Origin: Catajapyx aquilonaris
Lineage: Eukaryota
Reading direction: 5' to 3'
Assembly: GCA_000934665.2 (NCBI GenBank)
Contig: JYFJ02000840.1
Span: forward strand, 1-64,000
Length of the DNA: 64,000 bases
Each line of letters starts with the position of its first letter. Position 1 is the first letter of the stretch. Position numbers and translations under genes: made by a program. Of this stretch, positions 1 through 13,620 are shown in pieces. The notes under the pieces were generated by a model that ran no database searches, had not been told where the DNA came from, and was given only the letters and a program-made list of their open reading frames with translations.

Positions 1-153
1 GACCTCGGAGGTGAATTCCAATGCGCTAAGAACCTTCCCGGTAAAAAACTACCCCTGGTGATACCCCTGGGGCATATGTGGAGGCCTCCGTATGGATTTG
101 CATAGGTCACAAAAGAGAGACAGACAGATATAGGTCTTGAAATATGTATTAGA
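1..153 (-). mobile_element. Possible 5' end of a non-autonomous Helitron-like element, running off the window start
   Basis: The minus strand reads A|TCTAATACATATTTCAAGACCTATATCTGTCTGTCTCTC: a 5'-TC start after A, followed by a short (CTGT)n tract. This resembles arthropod non-autonomous Helitron 5' ends. The 3' hairpin/CTRR end is not visible. Confidence 0.3.
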
Positions 154-3100
154 TATACTGTCCGGTACTTCATGTGCCGCTGCACGCATGAAACTTGAAA
201 CCCATTCTTACACAGCCAAAAGGGAATTGATTTTCGATTCCTGAGCGTTACACACCGGTTCCCTATCACTGGCTCGTTAGCGCTTGGACATCCTTGACCC
301 GGTTCCAGTCAGGGCCAGGGTTAAACTTTTCCCGGGATCATCCCCCCCGGATCACCCGCTGACATCATATGACATCTCCTCAATCAAACTTATTGTGTCC
401 ATATATTCAGTCAATAAGCTAGTACGATTAAGCGACTGGTTCCAAACAAGAACTTGAGGGGAAAAAAGGAGGACATTGTCACAGGTATCCATAACTCATA
501 GTCTCCCCAGTGACGCCATGGCTCCCTGGATGGCGCCGCCTGGGACCTTTTTTCGGGTGGGGGGGGGGGGGGGGTTGAGCACATTTTCTTCTTTTCAGTT
601 CCAGGTTGTGGCATGGGGCCAAAAACAACGTTATGTCAGAAAATCAATATGGTCCCCCCCCCCCCCCACCTCTCTCACAAACCGACACCCCACCCACGCA
701 CCTACCCCGAATTTCCTAAAACCAAGCACCTCTGGACCCCTCCTGGCCAACCCCCATTTTTTCCCCCTTGTGGGACTTGTACCAGTGTTTACTGGCAGTC
801 GTTTTGTTTCGATAATCGAGGATTCCCGGCAGAAGCCACCAATCATTTTGGGAACCTCCCGGGATTGGGAGGGAGGGAGAACCGCTGGAATTGGCGCCCT
901 CCCATCCCCACCCTACAGCTCCACCACCTCCATCGGCCTCCGCTCCCGTAAACCGCCGGAACGATAACAATGCCGATCATTTTTTGCGCCCCGGGAATTC
1001 CCATTTGGAATCTTTCATTCAAGGTAAACGTTCGTTGCTCTCTCTCTCTGTCCCCTTCCCTCCACCGATTTATGGACCATTTGGAAATGTTTTCCAAATG
1101 ATCGTCATTGTTCAAATACTCGGACTTGAATGGTGGCCCTTCTTTTTTTTTCGCATCTTTCTACAATGCTGGGCTGGCACGTCGCATTCATGCTGTTGTG
1201 CAGGAGGATTTGACAGGCTTCGACTTAATAGTTTGCTTCAAGTTATATTATGAGAAGAAAGGCCGATGTGGCTCGTCCATGAGTGGTACTTCGTCAGAGG
1301 TGTGCGTCAAAACAATGATATCAATCATGAGATCCTTTTATTCTTCATACATCCTATAAGGGGGAAAAGATGATTGCTAGCAAAATAACAAGTGAAGACC
1401 AACCAAGGATAACCAGATGTCCTATATGATGAAAGTGTGCGCAGAGCTGATTGGTGCCAAACAATGTTGCACTGTACAAGCTTTGCCTTAGTATGCGATG
1501 GCAGAGTCCAGCCAGTTTGTATCCATCAATGCAGTGCACCCTAAACTTGTAATGGGTGATTACCTATTAAGGTCTGGTTGCACTACTGAATACAGATGAT
1601 CTACTGGAGGTTTAACGGATGTTATTTATCGACGGATAATAGTTGACAAGAATTGATAAACCGCCATTAAAAACTCGATAGATGATCTACAGTGGTTCAG
1701 CCAGGCTTGTCACATTTGCTGATTATGTAATGTCGATATTTTTGTAAGAGCCTTATTAAGCATGAGAAATGCATTCTGGCAGGGTTCTCATTCAAATGAT
1801 TATAATGTCAACTCAGTGTGAAATTAACTTCTCCCGTGCCACTGACAGCTCCATGTAGAATTGAGTGCTTATTAAACTTTATGCAATATAGTCTACCACG
1901 TGCTATCAGTGGGGTAGTCCACTACATGAGAATAATTTTTTACAAAATAGATGAAAATAAGGCATGCACGTGTATTACCACTTTTAATGACAACATACGA
2001 TACAAGGCAGCATGCAAATTGTTCAAATATCAAGTCCTTTCAAAAGCATCCCTTGACAATCCAATCAATTTGTAGCATGTATGGGAATAGGTTGAATATG
2101 TTCTGAAAACAAAATCTCCCATTGATTTAAATATATGTTCACGATCAACTGAGTTATAAGCCACAGTGCTTCATATTACTTTGTGCGACAAGTGAAATAT
2201 TCGAATGCCGCTGAAAGATCAAACAAATATGCCACCGCAGTGGTCGCTGCGGAGAACTTGATGCAGCTGCGCTGAAATGCAATTATTATGCACAGACATT
2301 GATTGACATTAATAATGTCCGATTTATCATCAAGACTGCTCTCACCTCCCATCAGAGTATTGAAAATAAATTACTCCATACAAGGCGCCATAACAGTAAT
2401 TGTGCCTAAAAAATATGAGCAGCTGCTCGTGCAAGTGGGCAATTAACGCTAGCATGTAGCACATGATATACCGAACAATTTTTAGCGTGCAAATGATCAC
2501 ACGCTGAGACTTAAGCTCCTTAACACCAGCCAGTTAAGAGCCTACACCTCCATTACCGCATCCATGTTTGTAACAAAGTACGCCCCCGAGCGTTCTGCTA
2601 ATTCCGCGGTACTTTGTACCCTATAGAAGCGAAAAAGGTTTCCCCTACCACAAAAGAAAAGTTGAATAGCTACAGCGGAAACAACCGGTCGTTTGTATAC
2701 GTAAATCGCAGTTATAATGTTTCTCCTCTGTGTCCAGCACATTGGCTGTCTCCTTTCAATATGAATCAGCTTCCATGACAACAGATGATGACGGCTAATG
2801 CTCGTTAATTCTTTATTGTGTTGGGAAATAACCGCAGTTAATGGGAACACCAACATACTAGGCCGAGGAATGAAAGCAGGCGCGTGTACACAACAGGACA
2901 TGGCATAGCCATTCCGGACATTCCTGTGTCCCGAAAGCGCGAGCTGGGTGAAAATTAGTCTCGGATTGAGTCGAGAGGTCGGGGAAGGAGACTGGGGGAT
3001 GGCGGTGATGGGGGAGGTGGGTGGAAGGACGGAAGAAGGAAGGAAGGAAGCCAGGAGGAGGAGGGAGGTGCCTCGTTAGGAGAGCCTCTTCGCATAGTCT

Positions 3101-6100
3101 CTCTAATTCCATCCCCCGCATTCACAATGCCTGCAAATCCACTTTGCATGCCCTACTACGCTGCTGCTTCTGCTGCAGGCTATACCCGCCCTCCTTCCAA
3201 TAGATAGCTGGCTAGGTGGATGGATGGATATTTGGATAAACCATCATACATGCAGTGTACTGGGAGAGTGAATGTTCCACACACTGCTTTCTACATGTGA
3301 CTTTCCGCAGTCCGCAAGTTGACAATGGGACAAAGCGGCAGAGATTGCATTATGTCATTACACAGAACAGTCGCAGGTAATTTCCGGACCTCTGGCCAAG
3401 TGTGCCCATCTCCACTGCACCAGAATAACGCAACGTTAGGCTTTGTTGCCCGGTGCATCGTGCTGCGTGGCGAAACACTTTGCAGCCGTGAATTCCATGG
3501 TGTAATGAAGACAAATGAGCCAGTAAAGGGAGGACCAGATCTGATGACTATATAAGAACGGAACAGACGCTATTGGAGAAGGCACTGGCGACATAAAATT
3601 ATATTCCTTCTGGACAACCCTCCCAGTAGGACATAGGCATGAGGCCAAAGAGAAGTCAACTAGTCAAGTCATAGGATATGTGGGAGTGAGATACCTGTCA
3701 AGAAAAGACGATGATTGATGACCCGATCTAATGTGGACTATATACGGTTGAGATGAGATGCATTTAACTCTTACGATGACATTTCGAGTCCGGTTTTCGA
3801 GAGCATGTCATTGTTGACAAATGTCAGATCCATGGCGCAGTGTAACATGTTTTTCTGCTCCCTTGTGAATCACGGTTTGGAAGTGGAAGTGGTCATGGAT
3901 GGGGCCTATAGGATCACCGGTCGAGAGATGAATCTTTACTGGGGGGAGGTGGAGGAAATGAAGAATGGCCGGGATGAAAAAGAATTAGATTTCATGAGAT
4001 GGTAATTGATGAGGTGTGGTTCTAGAATTACGCATAAAACTAGGTGTAGCTTTGATGATATGTTCCAAGTTCTAACTACTACCGTACTTTACTATATACT
4101 TTACATGTTTCCAATATATGTTACTGACCCGATTTTTTATTGTAATGCCCAGTTAAATTATTCATGTTTTATAGAGAGAAATGGGACTGATTTTTTTAAA
4201 CTTTTTTTGAGAAATCTAGAACTATAATCTCAAATTAAATTTCTTTCTCTCCAACTGACCCGATGGTCTAAAAAAATGACACGCCAACTGGTATAGGCCT
4301 ACCTGGTTGGTCGAACGAGCGCAATTTATGGTCCGTAGCGGTGGATAAAGGCCGATAAATAAACTCTATTCCATGTTTGTGCATGGACCACTTAATTCGC
4401 TCGCCAAACAGCACTCCTCACTTGAAGCCTAATATTTACCAATCCTAGACTGCACGTAGCTTTACTTATTTATGCCATCGTGGAATAGTGTTTGTCAAAT
4501 CCGGCAAGAGAGAAACACATACGATTTTTTTAAATATTCTCCTTTGTTGACCATTACCCTACAGTATTTTTTACCCCAGTATCAGTAGTAGGGAAAAGGG
4601 GGTAAAAATGCGAGTGAGTCATTGGGCCCGGTCTCTTCCATCTGCATAATCCCATGTAGGGCCCAGCATGGGTGGAAAAAGGTCGGTGAAAAGCGCCAGG
4701 TGCCGTTCATCACCCGGCCCACCCAAATGAGGCACCCGCGGGTAGTGGACATAGAAACCCAGACCACGCCCATCGCTCGCACCCGACACCACTACAACCA
4801 TGAATAACTCAACCGACCGCCACTCCCATCATACACCACTCATCCATCCATCTACTGCACTACTACTATTCTGGCCATCACACCACCTCCTCTCTATCCA
4901 GCCTGCCAGAGTTCCACGCAATAATTGGAAACGTGTTTGCTCATTTTGCGAAATGAGAATTTAAAAATTGCACACCCTATATTTTATTGGCAGTTTCTAT
5001 ATGAACTTTGGCGGATCCATTTTTTAGGCGGGAGATTGGGGTCGAAAGGCCCTTTCACACTTTGCATTCAATTGCTGAAAGTAGGGCTTCACAGCACATG
5101 GCGACATGGGGCCTGATTCACAAAATATAGGTGCTTGATTTTTTTTAAACATGTCTCATAATTTCTATGTAATTTTAGAAATTATCTCCATTTATAGATT
5201 AAGACTGCCTTTAAAATAGAATCCCATAATAGCACGGCAGACATGGTGTGCAGTGTAGTGAATCTATCTGAAGGCGGCCAACCGTCTGACTCTATATTCG
5301 ACTGCCTTAGTGCACAGAATAATATTAGAGGCGATAAAGAGTTTTGGCAGCAGCTTTAGCAGCGGGAAAGCAGGCAGGCAGGCAATCAGGCTGGCAGCAT
5401 CCTTATTCCCGTCCCCTGCACCCGTAAAAGGGGAGCTGGGACTAATTACTGAGTAATGGCGGACGTGGGGCTCTGGTGCGCCTCCCAATTAGTGGCGATG
5501 GATGCCAACTCAATGGCGCAACAAGAACAACCAACCGCTCAAGATTATAGTCAGCCTGATGCTGGATGGATGGATGTGGCTCCAGGGCTGTTCAGACTTT
5601 GAATTCGCACAATTATGTGCCACCTATGCAAAATACGTCCCAATTATTTTTATCCAGCGTGCACAACCACATGTTGGTGCAATGTCTCAATTTATTGGAT
5701 AATTTAAATTAAATTGGAATACACTTTTTGAACAGAGGTATGCGGAAGTAGTGAGTTCATATCATATCCGATATGAGGTAGAGTGGTGCAGTGTAAACGG
5801 TGCATTCGGGGGTATACCTCGTGCGACATTCGAACTTTTGAATTATGTATCGTGCAGGCTATTAATAGGACTGTCGATACACGAGACTCTTTTATGGGAA
5901 GTACAATCATGAAATTTCTATCATTGCGTGCGGAAGCAGTTCGACCAGTGACGTCACCTTCAGTTCCATGCCATGAAAGACCCTGAAGATTGAATATATA
6001 CGTACATAACCTTGGATATGATTTATGCCGTCACTGCTTCTGTAATCCATGTTAAACCCATGCTGTTTCCACTAGTTAGTAAGCAACGCTCAAATATTTA

Positions 6101-8600
6101 ATTCTACGGGTGTTTTGCTCTTTGTTCAGAACAAATGAGATGCTTTTTGACGCGGTGAAATGACCCTTGAGAGTTGTCACGTTCCGCCTTTTCGGGTTCC
6201 ATGAGAAGAGAAGGAAAAAATATGTGGGATATTCCGAGGAAGAGAGGCAAACCATTAGACATGCTGATTTCTTTTCTTCCCCGCGGTTGCAGAAGACGTC
6301 AACATTGGATTTGGTTCCCAAAATTTATTGGCTGAGAAAATGGGAATTGTCCTCAGGTCGTAACACGGGTGATGGGTGGCACCACCGTCCACTTCTCTCG
6401 GGCCAGCAATTTCCGCGCCTAAATCCAACCAGGTTGAAAGAAATTTTTCTTCTACTACGTGCTAATGTTCACGCAGAGAGGTTCAAACATAAGACAAGAT
6501 TTTATGACTTTAGGCCAACTCAATGAGCCAAGTTTATAGTGCCGATTGTGAGGAACTGACTTTTGGGTAATTAGAAATGAAGGGGGAAGCACCTAAAAAC
6601 CAAGTGAAGTGCACACTATAGCAGGCTCTTTAATACCTGCTCCATAGGAGCTCTTTTATGGGTTTTTCCTTCCGGAAGTTTCCGTGAGAGCTAATTAAGA
6701 GGACGTCAGGCGCGCCATCTAGAAATAATTCCGAAAGAGAAAACTAGAAACCAAAATTGCAAAACATTTCCACCTCTCACTTTTTCCATGGACGACCCCC
6801 TCCATATACCTACTACAGCATCTCTTTGAAGCATCCTCCTGCACAAACACGTAATTCAAAAAGATATATTTTTGATGGATAGAATGTCTGACGGGCACAA
6901 GTCCAAATTTGAAGCCCATTAAGCTGTCGTAAGCTGGCTCCTGAAAACGGTTTTAGCCGAGTCAGGATTCCCTTTCCACTTTTTGCAAAAAAGTGAGAGA
7001 GGGGGGAGAGAGGAGAGGGGGAAAAAAACATAGTTCCTTGCTGGCGTCGGCTCGATTATAAGGTCCTTGCGGCAATCAAAAGAGAGATTATTGAAACTTT
7101 GCGAACAGCGCTTTACTTGCTGCTTCGCCTTATAGTCGGGGATTTCAACGGCGATTATGGGAAGCCTTTCTATCACGTCTAGTAACCTGCTCAACTTGCT
7201 CACGTTTCTCTCAAGCCAATTATACTGCAGTCACACGCTTCTCTACTCCCAACCGCTCTCTGTCCAGACCATCCCAACTTTAATAACGTGTATAAGTTCC
7301 ATATAAAACTGCTAGGGTTTTTTTTTTGCTATACTGAGGAATGGATATAAATCCAGCATATTGAAACTGCACTGAATGGTCGTTTTTTTAAAACATTTTG
7401 CTAAGCGACCTGCTCGGCTTTACACAAGTGCAGCACTGTAACTTTATAGAGTAAGCCTATCTAATCCTGTGGGGAGACGATTTCTAATAGGGGTCGAGTA
7501 AATTTGATGATAAACATAATTTAAACTATTTGCATACGGGCTTTGGTATCCCAAAAATTCTCAATGAATGTGCTTTATGGATAGGAACATGTGCGGAAAA
7601 TTTAGATTGCATGCCCTTAGCTGCGATAGAATAGCAAAAATCGCTGACGCACGAGGATTCCGACCATAAATTGGGAAAGCTGACCATAACATGATCCATA
7701 GAGTTCCAATTGAATTTTTTTTTGTTGGTGCAAGCCGCTTTTTTTTGGTATGTGGGTTGTACCCTAGCCAGGCCCAGAACTAATGAAATGAAGCCCCGCT
7801 ACCTCTCTGGTCGGACCCACCCCTTTTTGTGTGTGATACTGATGAAACTGAAAAAGCGGCGCTGCTTCCATGCAAATCCTGTCTCAGTTCATTAGCACAG
7901 GGGAGGAGCTTCCGGCCTTTTAGGACCCCCTCGCTCGTTTTCCAACGCCCAAACAAGAGCAGACCGAATATATGTGTGGCTCCAATCTACACCCAATTAG
8001 GTCAGGGAAGCCACTTGCAACCCTTTGACTTCAATCTATCACAACCATTCGTATTTGCAAATCAATTTTACCAGGATTCGATTAGTCACTGCCCTCCTCG
8101 TGTTGCCAAAATCCTTCCACTAGAGAGAATTTGCGGAAATACAATGCAAGCCCCCCCCCCCCCTGAGAGGAAGAGCCGCCCAACAACTTTATTGGAGCTC
8201 AAGTTTTGGATTGATGTGGCTCTTAAGTAGGTGATGGCATTTACTCCACTCAGACCCAGATTCAGCCATAAAACCGGCCCCAAGGCTGCGATTTGGGTGA
8301 ATGCAGGCAAGGAATTGAATTGGGACTAAATCAGATCAAATTACGTCTAATAACGGATCGTAATTAGCTCCGACTTTCGGTTGGATAAGCTCCTGATTCG
8401 CCTTTGTTGTCCTCCTAAATGGGTTAGGGTTGGGAGATAGGAAGGGGGAGGGGGTGGGATGGAGGAGAAGGCCATGCCAAACACATAATGAAGATGCAAT
8501 GCCGACTTTGTTTTGCCCTTTCTCAAGAATTTCCTCTTCCCAACAAGCAGCCTCCGCCAATCCCACGATTGCCCCACTAACCCATAATAACAACAACAAC

Positions 8601-8602
<2 letters not shown>

Positions 8603-8659
<57 letters not shown>
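8603..8659. repeat. (AAT)19 microsatellite
   Basis: Perfect trinucleotide run, preceded by a short (AAC)n. Confidence 0.97.
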
Positions 8660-8660
<1 letters not shown>

Positions 8661-11600
8661 GGCTCAGGCAATAAAGGGTGCGAAATTGGGTTCAGATCTG
8701 GGCCTGTGAACCGGTCCCAATTCCCATGATTGAATAAAAGATTGAATCCCGACAAGTTGGTATGCACTGATGGATATATTAGGCCCAGCCCGTGGCCCCC
8801 AGTTCCCATGAGATTTTTTTCAGCCAAAAAGGGGGTGAGATGGGAGGAAAATACAGGGTAAAAATGGCTCAGAAAGAGTTGGAGGGCCGAGTCCTTGCTA
8901 TTGGCAAGACTTAGGCAGATTCTTGGTCGTAAAACCAGAATGGAAGCACCTCGTTAACTTTCTTTTTTTCTCTCTCTCTTTCTCATCTTGTCGATGTTCC
9001 ATATTTTCTCCAACGACTTACTCCGACAGAGTCCGCCTGAACAGATTCGAACAGCACCGCAAGATGTTGCTAATGACATCGGCTATTGGGTCGTGACAAA
9101 TATGATTTCCATTGTATACGATTGGCAGGAAAAGGATTTGGCATCGGGGGGCGCTTTTCAAACGCGCCTGCACTTTTCAGCACTGGGGAACTATACACAA
9201 AGCTGCCTGTGACAGGTGGAAATACTGCCTCGTAACTTTTCCAGCGAACTGCACGCTGTTGCCATTTTCTACTTTCCAGGGCTACAATGCGCTTCAAACC
9301 ATACCTATTAAGGTATTGGTTCGGAATGGCGCACAGCATGCGAGAAAATCGAAGAAAATGTAGGAGGCGAACGTATTTGACAAAATTCCGGCTTACGGAG
9401 CTAATTTCGTGAAAAGTTAAGGATCCAACTAACAGTTATTTCAAACCCTGCCCTTGTTAAAACCGGGAACTGTATTGATGTCAAACACGTGGAATTGCCT
9501 CATTTTTTGTTTGCATTTGCTATATAACAATTTATTCAATATTAGCCAGCACAATGTCATATATTATGGCCACTCATGTACAGCTGTGCAACAGCATAGT
9601 CTCACAACGTCGATATATGCTCATATAACTTAGCCTTGACATTGTACTGTACAGTACCCCCAGTATGCTGCTTGGACTCACAATGCCTGTAGTGTGAATC
9701 ATAAATTAACCGACAACAGCTCGCATTAGCATTGTGTTTACCTGAGCCCTCGGGACAATTTCTACCATTCCGAATAGCTATTTCTGGCCACACTCATGCC
9801 GAAAAAGGTCCCACAAGGGCTGTTATGTTGAATAACCACGTTTTCATTCCACACTCCTTTGGTCCCTCTCCCTCGACATCACAATCAGCTAGATGCACAT
9901 GACATCACGTGATGAGAAGAGTTGCTCCCACGGGCGGGGTCGTTCAAAAAAAAATTATTCGGGGACACCCATGTTTTTCATGTGGAAAAAGCACTTGAAC
10001 TGAGGATTCTTTTCAACGAAAAGCGATCATTATGGCATCAATATAAAAGTGTATGAGAGATTGACATCGAGTCCCTCCTCCCCCGCAGCCCGTCAGCGTC
10101 CCCGCCCGGATCCTTCGAACGCCGCAATCTACTTCCGCAATGGACAGCGACGAGCATCACCCCAAAAGACGGAGCTCTCAGGTACATTCATTCCTGCTGT
10201 ATTCGCAAAAAAATAATTTCTTTTTATATATCTCCGCCTTATTTTTTCCAACTTCCCAACTTCTATTTCCATGCAGCCAAAGTGCAAATAACACTTTTTT
10301 TTCAATTTCCTCACTTCCACTTTTCGATATTTCACGCTTCTTTCACGTAAGACCATCGCCTAATGCGCTGTGCAGCACTTTTTTATTATTTTTGACAATG
10401 GCATTCTTGTGCCGCATCTCATCAGAAAGGCATTTCAATGCCCAGATTTCTCCTCTCAACGGCAGATGGCGGGGTCAGAGTGCATGCTACCAGCAGCACT
10501 CCATCTGCTGTTGAAATGAGTAATCTGAAGGGAAGATTGAATCCCTTAATGCCAAGTATACGTCACTGCATGGTACACCACTACTGCAAGTAATTATACG
10601 TCACATTCACTATGCTTTTGCTGCACCACTGGTTACATATTGATACAGCTATATTGACGCTATCTTCGTTATGTAAATAATTTTTCGCATCAGAAGGTAA
10701 GGTTAACTTAATCAGATGGTAAAACCAGCTTTCATAATAGCTAATATAATGGTTTGTTAATTCTGAAGTACACAACAAGTACACATAATAATTACTCCAA
10801 TCTCCATTACATATTAATGATCTTTTTAAACCAAAAATGTGTTTTAACTATAGGCACAGTCCTAACATTAACATGACCTGAACCAGGCACTGTCTGAGAT
10901 AATCCGCCATACTCTGCGTCACTCCGACATCAGAAGCCTGGTTATGTACACAGAGATATGAGAACAGCCCATCCCAACAGGCGGCAGTGAGCGAATGAGT
11001 CAAGTTTAGAAGCGACCCCAGACGACACTGGAACCAAGTCGCAATATACTCGGTGGTGTTACTGCATCCATCCAAGTGGAAAGTGAGCCTGATCACAGGC
11101 GCGAAAATAAATTAGCACACGTCCGACCCACTTAGCAACACCAAAGTGGCCAACAAGCCTCCGGAGAGAAGCCAGGGGAGAGTGTGGAAGGGTTGGCGGG
11201 AAGAGAGTGGAAGAGTGCCCGGCTATATGAGAGAAGGGCATGGGGAGATTTTTTTAAGGGGGGGGGGGGGGTACTGGCGACGACCGACGACCGACGCCCT
11301 CCTTTTAAGCAGCGGGCATCATTTTCCAATTATCGGTGCCACTTTGCGACGTGGCTCAAGTGGCCCTTAATCGAGTTTCGCGTTGCTCACTTAGCGTAAA
11401 TATTTGCCCTGCTCGACGTGGCTCTCGAAAAAATATAGAGGGAATGGCTGGGGGCGGAAGGCAAGTGTCAAGTGTGCGGACATCGAGTGGTGAATGGGGG
11501 CCGCGTGTTGCCATGCAAGCAAGCCTCGTCCCTAATGCATACGTGTTGACGTCACATGTCACACACATCAACCTGGGGTTGACTTTCTCGGCAGGAGGCT

Positions 11601-13408
11601 GGCAGGAGGTGCAATCCGGCAGCGTGTTACTTTGGTTCGGAAGTTTTGATGATGGTCATGGTTTATTCAATTATGGTGGTTATGAATGAGTCGAAGGACG
11701 GCATTTGGTGTATGTCGCCGTACCGCGTTGTACTAGAAATTGATGTAAGTGGTAGTTAGCACCATTAAGAAGAGACCAGAATAATTGTACAACAAACAGT
11801 ATATGCTGTACCATTTTTGCAGTCCGATGCAAAGCCAAGCAAAGTATATCCACTATTTATTAACATCGATTTCTCATTTCCATTCATTGATTCCTGGGTG
11901 CTTACGCTCAGTGACGATTCATTTAAACATTTACCTACTTCACTCATTCACAAAAGTGACAGCACATATCTTGGCATCGTGTGTTTGGAGTTCAGTGACG
12001 CAGATATTTATATCACAAATCTGTTAAAGGCGAATGTCATTATTCAGTTTCATTAAAAAATTGTGCGAGAATTGCATAATTCCCACTTTAAGACAATCGT
12101 AAGCAGCATCCTTCTCAAGTGGTGTAAGAAGGCTTTACTATGTCATCAGCATTTTCTTCCAAAATTTTGCACTTTCTTCTTATAAAGTCGCGAGTTGACG
12201 TAACAGCAGCCCTCTAGCTACGTAGACTCAAAGTTAACCCATCTTATTGTTCATGATGTAAGATCTGTCAAGAGATGTAAACAAATAAAGCTTAATGTCT
12301 TCCGCCCTTTGAGCTTCATGTATGCCTAAGTGCCACATCAAACGGTTGTCTGAACACGAATAACCGCCAAGGACATCTCTGAAAACACATCTATCTTCCG
12401 AAGCGAGTTGAAAAGTAAACGTGAGATTGATCATCGACGAACAATGTTTTTTTTCTCTCTCCACAAAAATGAGCACAGCTTTCCAGACAGCCCAAGGAGG
12501 ACCTCTGAAGAAAATAAGGGATATACAGCGGCAACAAAATCCCCGCAGTGTTCTTGAAAGAAAGAGTGGCGGATCGAAGTAGCCCACTGGCCGAATAGAT
12601 GGAATAGAATCATCATCCACTCCAACTATTACTACACTGATGCCTTCTTCTCCACCCGCCACCATCGTTGCTGCAAACAGCTCTGGGAAGGCTGCCAAGA
12701 TTGGGCACGGATCGCTTCCTCTGCGTTTCCTGCAACCTGCATTCTCAATCCTAACGCCGATACTGCGCCACTTCCTACAACAAGCAATTTGCGCCCGAAT
12801 TTAAACCTGTTGGTCCGGATAGGAAAAACCACATCGATACGGGTATTATTACTGTTCAAAATGCTCCCGAGGCCAAGAAAAGGGGACATTGGTTTAAATG
12901 AACAACTTTTGGTCGTGTAGTTTTCACTTGGCGGCCTTGCGACTCGTAAAGGGTGACAGTCGGGGTCATAATATGAGTTCTGCACCAAAGAGCTACTTGG
13001 AAATGTTTCAGATGGGCTAGAATTTCTGGGAATGTTTCAGATGAGACCAGCGGATGTGAAATAGTGTCGCAAATAAAGGGACCGCCCACGGGCTGCTGTG
13101 ACATTACTGTGAACGTCACAATGTAGTGTAGGCTGAGTCTCTTTGATGTGTGATAGTATTGCAGGAGAGAGGGTGTGTTGTGGTATATTGTTCGGGCACA
13201 CGGGATGTTTGATTACGAGTTAATAAGTAGGGACAACATATTTATAGTACGCCCCCAGGGAAGATCCGGGTGTAAATAATCCCAATGCTGCATATAAACA
13301 GTAATACAATCATATTATACGAGCATGGAATTGCGCACAGTAACAGCTCACTAACACCAACATTGTATAATTATTCTACCAATACACCCATACGTAAGCA
13401 CATACGTA

Positions 13409-13620
13409 CACCCGCGAGCATAAAGATGGAGACGGCAAGCCCTCACCTTCGGCAGGCTGCTCTGCCAATCTCAGCTATTACGGTATCAAATATACTGACA
13501 TAAATACACGAACACACGCCTGAAGCAGCTAACTCTCGGTCCAAAAAGAGTTCATTAATTTGAGTCGGATAAAGAAAGGTCAAAAAGGGCCTGCCGTCTC
13601 CATCTTTATGCTCGCGGGGG
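13409..13620. mobile_element. MITE, Tc1/mariner-type (TA target site), 212 bp
   Basis: 35-bp terminal inverted repeats (CACCCGCGAGCATAAAGATGGAGACGGCAAGCCCT versus its reverse complement, 2 mismatches). TA flanks both sides (13407-13408, 13621-13622). No transposase ORF. Confidence 0.85.

Noticed and set aside
476..967. 163-aa plus-strand ORF and overlapping ORFs
   Set aside because: Driven by poly-G/poly-C runs in a low-complexity, probably low-quality block; no recognisable motif.
8336..8827. ORFs with a long poly-Ile hydrophobic stretch on both strands
   Set aside because: These are translations of the (AAT)19 microsatellite.
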